DNA of 43,341 nt, from the IMG/VR virus record IMGVR_UViG_3300036940_000024, positions 1 through 43,341 of that record. The stretch is one strand, 5' to 3'. The notes under the pieces are model-generated. The model did no database searches. It saw only the letters and a program-made list of their open reading frames with translations, and had not been told where the DNA came from. Within the stretch, counting starts at the first letter, position 1; each line of letters opens with the position of its first letter. A program made the position numbers and the translations under genes. Source of the stretch: a virus. Its lineage: Duplodnaviria > Caudoviricetes. Positions 1-8,500 of this stretch are shown piece after piece.

Positions 1-106
1 AACCGGGGGTATCAATTATATATAAGAAGATACGGGGGTCTTTTTATACGATATTAATATAAAGTCTATAGTAAACAGGATTTTTATAAAAATAATTTGG
101 AATTTA

Positions 107-138
107 TTTGGATATTACAGAAATATTTATTAATATTG
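107..138 (+). promoter_or_regulatory. Bacteroidota sigmaA-type promoter (-33/-7)
   Basis: TTTG (107-110), 20-nt spacer, TAATATTG (131-138); one mismatch to TAnnTTTG. A copy of the upstream box AAGTCTAT lies at 62-69. Confidence 0.6.
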
Positions 139-142
139 CAAC

Positions 143-463
143 GTGACCCTTTAACCAAGGTACTCCTTGAAAGCACATTGTTAGTATTGGACAGAAGTTG
201 GGTGGTAATTGCAGGATTGAAATAATATCTGAACATAGCGATGAGATGTCCCCGATAGTCACAAAAATTATTTGAGTAGTCGGCTATACCGAGTTCGCAA
301 AGGTATAGTTAACAGTTGGGATAGAATAGAGATAAGGTAACTCTGGTGAATGGACACTGTAACGTTATCCCTGGGTATTCAGAAATGAAAGCACTGCTGA
401 CGATGCACGAAAGGCTCAAATTAACGGTCCTCGATCCAAAAGGGACGATCTATAAGGGATCGT
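143..463 (+). ncRNA. candidate structured non-coding RNA or long structured leader, family unknown
   Basis: Starts right after the promoter, is GC-richer than its flanks, and has many nested complementary segments (143-147/258-262, 156-160/165-169, 270-277/414-421, 284-290/302-308, 318-324/365-371, 445-451/457-463). Confidence 0.45.
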
Positions 464-489
464 TATATTTAATTCATAACAACTTAATC

Positions 490-813
490 ATGGTAATAGT
501 AAGTAAGTATTTAGTTCCAAAAGGTTATTTAGCAATTACTATATGGCCTTTTATATTTGTTAGGAATAAAGGGTTAAAAGATGTTGATTCTCTTATCAAT
601 CATGAGAAGATTCATTTAAAGCAACAATTAGAGCTTCTTATACTATTATTCTATATTTGGTATGGTATAGAGTATTTAGTGCATTATATTAAGTATAAAG
701 ATCATTTAAAGGCATATAGGAGTATTAGTTTTGAAGTAGAAGCTAATACGTATGAGAATGATTTAGATTATTTAAATACTAGGAAACTATTTAGTTGGTT
801 TAAATATTTGTAA
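490..813 (+). CDS. HExxH (zincin-like) small membrane-associated protein
   Basis: AITIWPFIF...NHEKIHLKQQ...ISFEVEA motif pattern. ATG 490 preferred over the track's GTG 346. Confidence 0.7.
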   Translation: MVIVSKYLVPKGYLAITIWPFIFVRNKGLKDVDSLINHEKIHLKQQLELLILLFYIWYGIEYLVHYIKYKDHLKAYRSISFEVEANTYENDLDYLNTRKLFSWFKYL

Positions 814-814
814 T

Positions 815-1204
815 ATGAGGAATATAAATAAGATTATTATACATTGTAGTGATAGTGATATTGATTCACATGATGATATATCTGTAATAGATAGATGGCA
901 TAAAGAGCGTGGATGGGCTGGTGTAGGTTATCATTACTTTATACAGTCTAATGGTAATATACAAGTGGGTAGAGACATTAGAGACGTAGGTGCTCATGCT
1001 TATGGTCATAATGGTGATTCTATAGGTATATGTTTACATGGTAGGAATAAGTTTACTGAAAGCCAGTTTAAGATGTTAGCAATGCTTATTAAGTACTATA
1101 CTAAGGAATTTAGTATTAAGGAGGTTGAAGGTCATTGCCACTATGACAGTACTAAAACATGTCCTAACTTTGATGTTAACTGGTTTAAAAAGAAGTATTT
1201 ATAA
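815..1204 (+). CDS. N-acetylmuramoyl-L-alanine amidase (T7 lysozyme-like endolysin)
   Basis: IIIHCS, GYHYFI, GAHAYGHN, SIGICLHG and GH...KTCP Zn-binding amidase_2 motifs. Confidence 0.93.
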   Translation: MRNINKIIIHCSDSDIDSHDDISVIDRWHKERGWAGVGYHYFIQSNGNIQVGRDIRDVGAHAYGHNGDSIGICLHGRNKFTESQFKMLAMLIKYYTKEFSIKEVEGHCHYDSTKTCPNFDVNWFKKKYL

Positions 1205-1233
1205 TAGTACGTTTCCATAATAATTTGTTTTTA

Positions 1234-1266
1234 GTCCCTGGGTAATTACTACCTGGGGATTTTTTA
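1234..1266 (+). terminator. intrinsic terminator
   Basis: Stem TCCCTGGGTA/TACCTGGGGA followed by a T run, just after the amidase. Confidence 0.8.
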
Positions 1267-1287
1267 TATAAAAAAGTTTATAAAATA

Positions 1288-1319
1288 TTTGCATATATCA
1301 TAAAAAAGTATTATGTTTG
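1288..1319 (+). promoter_or_regulatory. consensus Bacteroidota sigmaA promoter
   Basis: TTTG (1288-1291), N20, TATGTTTG (1312-1319); exact TAnnTTTG match upstream of ATG 1348. Confidence 0.75.
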
Positions 1320-1347
1320 TATCAGTTAATTAAAACATCAACTAAGT

Positions 1348-1677
1348 ATGGAGCAAGTAGAAGGATTTATTAAATTACCTATTAAGAGTATGACACCTGA
1401 ATCGGTTGAAGCCATTCAGAAGGAGTATGATAAGTATTATGAGAAGCTAGAGGAGTTTGAGAATTTAGGTATTAAGGCAGATAATCTACAGGAGCCTGAA
1501 ATAGATGAGGATGAGTATATTGAAATGATTGATTTAAATGTTAGACCTGAGTCAATTATAGCTTATAAGAGAGCTAGTGATGGTAATGTAGATGTGAGTA
1601 CTGACTCAATACTGGATTATAGTAGGGTTTATATGAAATATGAAGAGTTTGTAGAATTGTTGAAATCAACTAAGTAG
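1348..1677 (+). CDS. hypothetical acidic protein
   Basis: ORF directly after a promoter, in a tightly packed operon. Confidence 0.7.
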   Translation: MEQVEGFIKLPIKSMTPESVEAIQKEYDKYYEKLEEFENLGIKADNLQEPEIDEDEYIEMIDLNVRPESIIAYKRASDGNVDVSTDSILDYSRVYMKYEEFVELLKSTK

Positions 1678-1679
1678 TT

Positions 1680-2018
1680 ATGAGTAGAGAAGAGTTTTTA
1701 TTGAATGTACTAAATGTATTGACACCTGTAGTTAATAGTGGAACCTTAACAGATAAGAATGGTGATTTTGTAATAAGTGAGGCTACTTCAGCAGCTGAGA
1801 ATCTATATGTAGATACACTGGCGGCTCTAGGAGAAGAGATTTACCCAGAAGAAGAGGACGGTGAGGTTATATGGGAATCTAAGTTTGATACTACAGCACC
1901 CCATAACGCAGCTTACATTAAAGGGAATGAAGTAGTAGATGATACATGGTCTACTACACTACGTAAATCTATTAATCTATTACAGAATCAACTAGAAGAT
2001 TATCTAAATAATAAATAA
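1680..2018 (+). CDS. hypothetical protein
   Basis: Operon packing and codon style. Confidence 0.7.
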   Translation: MSREEFLLNVLNVLTPVVNSGTLTDKNGDFVISEATSAAENLYVDTLAALGEEIYPEEEDGEVIWESKFDTTAPHNAAYIKGNEVVDDTWSTTLRKSINLLQNQLEDYLNNK

Positions 2019-2027
2019 TATTATAGT

Positions 2028-2366
2028 ATGGAGCAGAACAAGGAAACAGTACCAGTAGGAGATTTGAGTGTTATTGAGGATATTGATAAACTTAACCTAG
2101 CACCTACATTTGTACTAATTAAAGTAATTCAGAAGAAGTCAAGTATTATTATGCCTGATACAATTGGACTAACACCAAAGGCTACTTTTAAGATTGTTAA
2201 GATTGGTGATAAAGTGGAAAAAGTAGATGTGGGTAATGTAGCAGTAGACTTGAAGAATGAGAAGGCTGGAGTCTATTATTATAAGAAAGGTGAAGATACC
2301 TTTATGCTTACAGATCAGTATAACCTACTATTGTGGACTACTGATACTAACTATAAGGTAGATTAA
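2028..2366 (+). CDS. GroES/Cpn10-like co-chaperonin (divergent)
   Basis: P..VLIK....KSSIIMPD....KIVKIGDKV..V.VG pattern and ~110-aa size. Confidence 0.6.
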   Translation: MEQNKETVPVGDLSVIEDIDKLNLAPTFVLIKVIQKKSSIIMPDTIGLTPKATFKIVKIGDKVEKVDVGNVAVDLKNEKAGVYYYKKGEDTFMLTDQYNLLLWTTDTNYKVD

Positions 2367-2414
2367 GACCTAGCCGACAGGGAGGCACAAGGCGTTAAAC
2401 AGGTGCTTCAACAT

Positions 2415-2486
2415 GGCTGATTAGTGTAGTGGTTATCACTCTGGTTTTGTACTCCAGCAACACAGGTTCGACTCCTGTATCAGCCT
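2415..2486 (+). tRNA. tRNA-Thr(TGT), CCA not encoded
   Basis: Acceptor GGCTGAT/ATCAGCC, D arm GTG..CAC, anticodon arm CTGGT-TTTGTAC-TCCAG, T arm ACAGG-TTCGACT-CCTGT. Confidence 0.85.
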
Positions 2487-2510
2487 CAATTATTAACTTA
2501 AAGTAAGTGT

Positions 2511-2753
2511 ATGAACATTATAACAGAGAGACCTGAGGAGATGACTCAAGAGGAGTATAAGATGTATAGAAAGGCTCAGGATAAGTCCTTAAAGCATTAT
2601 AAAAAGGGTAAGGTAGTATGGTTATCTAAACTATATCCTACGTATGAAGTATTAGCAGAACTAGGTAAGAATGGTTGGACAGGTGATAATTCACTTGGCA
2701 GACTACTGAATAAAGGGGAGACATTTGTTGGTAAAGTTAAAGATCTTAAATAA
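2511..2753 (+). CDS. hypothetical basic protein
   Basis: ORF with a TAATG overlap to the next gene. Confidence 0.65.
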   Translation: MNIITERPEEMTQEEYKMYRKAQDKSLKHYKKGKVVWLSKLYPTYEVLAELGKNGWTGDNSLGRLLNKGETFVGKVKDLK

Positions 2754-3007
2754 TGATTGAAGTAGGTAAATTATTTTATAAATATACACAGCCTCTTAAA
2801 GAGGTAGCAATCCCTAAAAAAGACCAGATTTACTATAATGTTGAGGGGCATGCACTTAGGTATAGAGGTAATGATGAATATGAGTTTCTAGAAGGTAGTC
2901 CACTTAGAAGTGGTAATCTTATTACAGAACTAACACCAAAGCAGCTTAGTTTATTTTGGAAACTAGTTAAGAATAAATCAATTTATGGAATTAATATTGT
3001 ACAGTAG
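2753..3007 (+). CDS. hypothetical protein
   Basis: Coupled ORF in the operon. Confidence 0.65.
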   Translation: MIEVGKLFYKYTQPLKEVAIPKKDQIYYNVEGHALRYRGNDEYEFLEGSPLRSGNLITELTPKQLSLFWKLVKNKSIYGINIVQ

Positions 3008-3009
3008 AT

Positions 3010-3375
3010 ATGAAACAGATTCCAATTAAGACAAATAAAGATAAGTTCTTTAGACAATTCCTAGAACTTGTTAGGAGTATCCCCCCTGTAAGTAAGCTTA
3101 GGCCTAAAGAATTAGATGTATTAGCAGAAATAATGTATCAGAATAATAAGTATAGTGACTTAGAGGATAATATCAGACGTAAGATGGTATTTGATACTAG
3201 TACACGTAAGGAAATGATGCTAAAAGTAGGTATTACAGCAGATAGTTTTAACAATAATCTATCAATACTTAGAAGGCATAAATTACTTACTAAGGAGAAT
3301 ACACTAGTACCATTTCTAGATACAGTAAGATATAAAGATGGATATAAACTGGAATTCAACTTTAAAGAGGTATAA
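3010..3375 (+). CDS. winged-helix DNA-binding protein (MarR/RepL-like)
   Basis: LRPKELDVLAEI...GITADSFNNNLSILRRHKLL resembles a wHTH. Confidence 0.55.
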   Translation: MKQIPIKTNKDKFFRQFLELVRSIPPVSKLRPKELDVLAEIMYQNNKYSDLEDNIRRKMVFDTSTRKEMMLKVGITADSFNNNLSILRRHKLLTKENTLVPFLDTVRYKDGYKLEFNFKEV

Positions 3376-3376
3376 T

Positions 3377-3607
3377 ATGATATTTACAGTAGATATTTCT
3401 AATAAAATTCTATACATTACAGAAGATATAAACTACAAGGATTTTTTAGATATTTGTAAGAAACTTATGGTAGATGATGAGTGGGTAGTTAAACCAAGCA
3501 GTAGTATACAAATATCCCACCATCCTATTGAACCTTGGGTTAGACCGGATACTACTGGAACACCTCCTTGGAATGGACCCATAATTACGTATTGTGCTAC
3601 ATATTAA
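3377..3607 (+). CDS. hypothetical protein
   Basis: ATG 3377 follows the upstream stop and is in frame with track ORF 3338..3607. Confidence 0.55.
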   Translation: MIFTVDISNKILYITEDINYKDFLDICKKLMVDDEWVVKPSSSIQISHHPIEPWVRPDTTGTPPWNGPIITYCATY

Positions 3608-3618
3608 ATAGTTAAAAT

Positions 3619-3789
3619 ATGGATGAATTCGACGATATTTACGAAGAAGGCTTTGATGAGTTTGATAATGAGTTCCTACAGAACTCTCAAGGTGCTATGA
3701 TACTACAAGTATACAATAATATGGGAGAAGTAGATGATATTTATGTAGGATATGAACGAATTAAACGATTTATAGATGGAATTAAGTAA
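3619..3789 (+). CDS. small acidic hypothetical protein (56 aa, below the track cutoff)
   Basis: MDEFDDIYEEGFDEFDNEF...RFIDGIK*; fills the gap between neighbouring ORFs. Confidence 0.6.
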   Translation: MDEFDDIYEEGFDEFDNEFLQNSQGAMILQVYNNMGEVDDIYVGYERIKRFIDGIK

Positions 3790-3970
3790 GAATCAAATAG
3801 CCAGGATACAATGTAAAGATTTAGAGTCATTGGTTAAAGCCAGTAATAACTCTAGAGATGTGTTAGATGCTTTTACAGCAGGGGATAACAGGTATACCTA
3901 CAATGTAGAGGTTAATCATGATGAATTATACTATGACCTTTATCTTTACAGAACCAAGTATTCAAATTAA
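3776..3970 (+). CDS. hypothetical protein
   Basis: Operon packing. Confidence 0.55.
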   Translation: MELSKNQIARIQCKDLESLVKASNNSRDVLDAFTAGDNRYTYNVEVNHDELYYDLYLYRTKYSN

Positions 3971-3976
3971 TTCAAT

Positions 3977-4243
3977 ATGCGTAAAGTTATACAGAAACCA
4001 GTCAGGGACTTAATAAGACAATTATCTAAAGAGTTTAATATACCATATGGTACCGCAGAAGAGATAATTGACTCACAATTTAAGTTCTTAAAACATGCTA
4101 TAGGTCAAGGAGTTAAAGGAGATTATAATACCTTTGAAACAGTATTACTTAGAAGATTAGGCACATTTGAAGCATCAGAAGCTAAAATAGATCATATGAC
4201 TAGTAAGTACTTAAAGAAGCAGAGTGATGGAGAAGGACAGTAA
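3977..4243 (+). CDS. IHF/HU-like DNA-binding protein
   Basis: LIRQLSKEFNIP...AEEIIDSQF...VLLRRLGTFE matches the HU/IHF fold signature. Confidence 0.65.
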   Translation: MRKVIQKPVRDLIRQLSKEFNIPYGTAEEIIDSQFKFLKHAIGQGVKGDYNTFETVLLRRLGTFEASEAKIDHMTSKYLKKQSDGEGQ

Positions 4244-4532
4244 AAATTACACACCCATTGTTGAAGATTTTATATCAACTATAAGAGACTCCTTTATAGG
4301 GTCTCAACAAGTATATACTGAAGGTAGTTGTTACCACTTCTACTTAATACTAAAGAGTGTATTCCCTAATGCAGAGCCGTATTATGATTTAGACCATATT
4401 ATTACTAAAATAGATGGTAGATATTATGATATAACAGGCGAAGTCAGGAGAGATGCAACTTCTACTAAGTATGAACGATTACCTAGTTACCCATTAAAAG
4501 CACCTTATAATATATATAAAGATGGAAGATAA
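4224..4532 (+). CDS. hypothetical protein with possible Cys-His-Asp triad
   Basis: YTEGSCYHF...DHIITKIDGRYYDITG. Confidence 0.6.
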   Translation: MMEKDSKNYTPIVEDFISTIRDSFIGSQQVYTEGSCYHFYLILKSVFPNAEPYYDLDHIITKIDGRYYDITGEVRRDATSTKYERLPSYPLKAPYNIYKDGR

Positions 4533-5040
4533 ATATTATACACCTTCTATTGATGAATTTTGTGTGGGCTTTGAATTTGAATACACAATCCCTTACGAAG
4601 AAGAATCATACATTAATATTATATATCAGACAAATGAGTCCTGTGATAAAAGTCTACTGCATAATCTATCTGTTATAAAAAGAGAGGCTAGTATTAGAAG
4701 GTTGTCATTATTAGATTACATATCTTTTACAGTAAAAAATAATCCACATTTAATTAGAGTTAAGTATTTAGACAAAGAAGATATTGAAGAGTTAGGGTTT
4801 GAGCACACTGGAGGGGCAATGGTTAAGAATTCCTTAGATGAGTTTACTATTGATTATAAAGATCCAAGAGGAACTTATGATAAAGTAAGTATCTTGTATA
4901 CTTATGGCTCTAAATGGTGCTTGATAGTCCAAGGTGATTATGAGACTCCTCACCCGGATTGGCCCACAAGATTTGCAGGTTACATCAAAAATAAATCAGA
5001 GCTTAAGCAAGTTCTTAAAATGTTGAATATTAATGCGTAA
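4522..5040 (+). CDS. hypothetical phage protein
   Basis: 172-aa ORF overlapping both neighbours. Confidence 0.7.
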   Translation: MEDKYYTPSIDEFCVGFEFEYTIPYEEESYINIIYQTNESCDKSLLHNLSVIKREASIRRLSLLDYISFTVKNNPHLIRVKYLDKEDIEELGFEHTGGAMVKNSLDEFTIDYKDPRGTYDKVSILYTYGSKWCLIVQGDYETPHPDWPTRFAGYIKNKSELKQVLKMLNINA

Positions 5041-5596
5041 TATTTTAGAGCTATTCACACCAGACGCTAATTTCTGGGAAGTAAACCCACAATTTACTAC
5101 AATAGAACCCTTTAGACAACTATGGAAAGGTGATAAGTCCCGTGGTAAAGGTACTACTTCCAATTTAATGTGGGCTATTGCACATGTATATCATCCTAAA
5201 TCTGATATGTATTACTTATCAGATGCAAAAGAGCGAATGGCGGTTGATTTCCTAGGGATTAAGAAAAAGGATGTTGATAAGTTTTGGGGGGATAAAGTAG
5301 AGTTAACGGATGCTTTTGTTGACGCAGCTTTAACGCAATCAGAAAAATCATTGATTGCATGGGAGGAGCGTATGAAGAAGAGAGATAAGTTCTTAGCAGA
5401 ACAAGAATATACATTTGGTTATATGGATGCAGAAGGCAACTTAATTAAAGATAATACTAAGCAATTAGATGATATGCTTTCTAAGACTGCTAAGATCTAT
5501 GAGGAGTTATTTAAGATTAAAAAGGAGTTAGAGGAAGAGGATTATATTAACAAGAATGCTAAGATTAAGAGTGCAACAGCGTCAGGTGAATTATAA
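5033..5596 (+). CDS. protein upstream of terL, candidate terminase small subunit
   Basis: Position, size and helical C-terminus; function inferred from synteny only. Confidence 0.5.
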   Translation: MRNILELFTPDANFWEVNPQFTTIEPFRQLWKGDKSRGKGTTSNLMWAIAHVYHPKSDMYYLSDAKERMAVDFLGIKKKDVDKFWGDKVELTDAFVDAALTQSEKSLIAWEERMKKRDKFLAEQEYTFGYMDAEGNLIKDNTKQLDDMLSKTAKIYEELFKIKKELEEEDYINKNAKIKSATASGEL

Positions 5597-5599
5597 TAA

Positions 5600-8500
5600 A
5601 TGGTAAATAACGATAACTTTCTAATAAAAGAGGTTCCTATATTTCATCCAATATCTCAGAAATTCGAGCGTATTAATTTCTTTAAAGATGTTAAGCGTAA
5701 GATATTTGAGGGTATGTGGGTTGGTAATAGATGGTGTCCTCCAGAATTATACTATCATGTAAATATAAGTACTATACAGTTCCTTGGTGGGGGTAGGAAA
5801 GTCCAAGGTATAGGTCAACCATGGTTTCGTGATATAGAGTGGGAGAAGGCTTTTATATATTCAGAAGCATGTGGTTTTAGTGGATTTAGAGATGATCCTA
5901 AGTATACATGCCTTAGGGAGGTGCAGAATATGACCAAGGAAGAAATCTACACTGAGTTTTGTGTAGATCATAAGGGTAATATACTAGAAGATAATTACAA
6001 GTCCTTATTTAAAAAAGATGGTACTTTAAAAGAATATTGGCCAGCTAGAACTTATTTTTGGCGTACAGATATGTCAGAAAAGTTTGGTCCACATATATAT
6101 CTTAATCAAGCTCTTAACGTTCTAGATTTCGAGGGACGCGGATGTCTTGCAGAAGGAACTGAGGTCTTGATGTATGACGGTTCTATCAAGAAGATAGAGG
6201 AAGTTGTAGTCGGTGACGAGTTAATGGGAAAAGACTCTACGTGTAGAGTAGTATTAGATACCCATTCTGGAGAAGATTATTTATATACATTAAGTCACTC
6301 AGATAAGAGTTTTAACGACATTACAGTTACAAAAGATCATAGGGTTTCTATAAAAAAACGGTGCCATAAGAATGGTAAGTATGTAAATGGTAAGAGAGAT
6401 AATGGATTTTACTATACAGAGTATACCGATTGTACAATAAGAGAGCTTAAAGAGGTTGAAAGTCAAGTTTCTTTTAAGGATGTTTATCATAGGTACAAAC
6501 CAAACTTTGGTTTAGAGTTTAAAGATAGTAATGTACCTACAATAGACCCTTATTACTTTGGGCTTTGGTTGGCTGATGGTAGGAGTAACTGTACTTCTAT
6601 TAAGATTACAGATCCAGTTTTGTGGGAATATCTAGATAATTTTGCCAAGAATAATAACATTGAATATAAAATATCCATTACAGAAGCTACACACAATAGA
6701 AAGGAGGCTAGGGAGTATTATTATAAAGATAATTGCTTAAGGCAATGTTTTAAAGATTATGGGTTGGTCTACCAAACAGGCTGTGTTCCTAATAAATATA
6801 TACCTGATGACTTTTTGACTGCTACTAAAGAATCTAGATTGCAGTTGCTTGCAGGTATTATTGATGGCGACGGAACTTATGATAGAGGCAGGAAGAATTT
6901 TGCAATATACGTAGGACTGAGCAAGGGACTAGCAAAATCTTATCTAAGATTAGTCCAGTCTTTGGGATTTAGAGGCAGTCTAACTTCTAGGAATAGAGAG
7001 GGTCATAAAGAAATTTTTATAATTAGAGTAAATGGCAACATAAATGTCATACCAACCAAATTGCACAGGAAACAAGCTCCTAAAATCGCGCATAGAGTAG
7101 ATCTGAACAGCTCTTTTTTTAAAATAGAACCTAGTGGATTTGGTAAATATTACGGATTGGTAGTAGACGTAGATGGGGAGTACTTATTAAGTGATTTTAG
7201 TGTTGATCATAATAGCGGTAAATCCTACTGGAGTTCTAGTTGTATACAACATTCCCTATTAACCGATGGGGCTAGAAACTATGATGCTTATTTACAAGGT
7301 CGTAAAGATAAGAAATTCGTATCAATATCTCAGACATTGGTAGGGGCCATCGAAGCTAAGTATAGTGCTGATTTATTAAGTAAAGTAAAGTTTTCATTTA
7401 ATAATCTACCAGGAGAAGTCACTATTAGAATTAATGGTGAGGATAAAACATTTCCCTCACCGTTACTACCGGAACTAGGTGGCAGTTGGGAGCCAGGCGC
7501 TAAGAATCCAATACACGACACATTATCTGGTAGCAGTATTGTACACAGAACATTCCAAGATAACCCACTGGCCGCCAACGGAACAAGACCAACCCGTGCA
7601 TTTCTCGAAGAGGTTGGTTTTTTAAGTTCAATACATGAGGTACTTGGTGCAGTAGAGGCTACTCAGCCTAATAAACAATCTAATAAATACCTTCCTATAT
7701 ATATGCTCGGCACTGGGGGGTATACTACTACAGGTACAGCACTATGGCTTAAAGATGTATTTTATAATCCCGAGGCATATGACTGTTTAGTGTTTGAAGA
7801 CACTTGGGAAGGTAAGGGTAAGATAGGTTATTTCCTATCAGCTACTAAAGGTCAGAACGATTTTAAAGAAGGGCCTAACCTTATTTCTAATGAGGAGAAA
7901 GCTCTTGCTACCATAGAAAAAGCTAGGGAAAGGGCTAAGAAATCTAATAATAAAGTTAAGCTACTTACTGAAATAATCAACCAACCAATTAGACCTTCTG
8001 AAGTTTTTATGACAATGGAAGGTAATTTCTTTCCTACACAAGATCTTAATAATATACTTGCTGAACTAGAGACTAAAGACTCTATTCTCAATGCTACTTA
8101 TCGTTATGAAATGGATATTAAGGACGGTAAAATCGTTCCTAGAATATCTGATAAGCAAGTAATTAGGGAGTTTCCATTAAAGCGGGGCTTTAGCATGGAA
8201 GCCTGTATAGAATTATATGAGTTACCTAAAAGAGATTCTGATGGGAATATACCTTTTGGTAGGTATTTAGCTGGGTGGGACCCCATTATGTTAGACGGTA
8301 ATGAAGATGTTCAGCAATCCTTACAGTCAATATTTGTACTAGATTCTTGGACAGATAGGATTGTTGCTGAATATACAGCACGTACTTATGTAGCAGAAGA
8401 GTACTATGAGCAAGCTAGAAGGTTATTAATGTTCTTTAACGCTATTTGTAACTATGAAAATAACATAAAAGGTCCTTATGCTTACTTTAAGAATAAAAAC

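Noticed and set aside
397-412. Hammerhead-like core CTGACGA...GAAA
   Set aside because: Only 5 nt (TGCAC) lie between the motifs, too few for stem II, and no convincing stems I/III were found.
346-489. N-terminal extension of the HExxH ORF from GTG 346
   Set aside because: Recognisable protein starts at ATG 490, and the extension overlaps the structured region.
5591-5602. Readthrough fusion of ORF 5033 with terL (same frame)
   Set aside because: Two consecutive TAA stops separate them.
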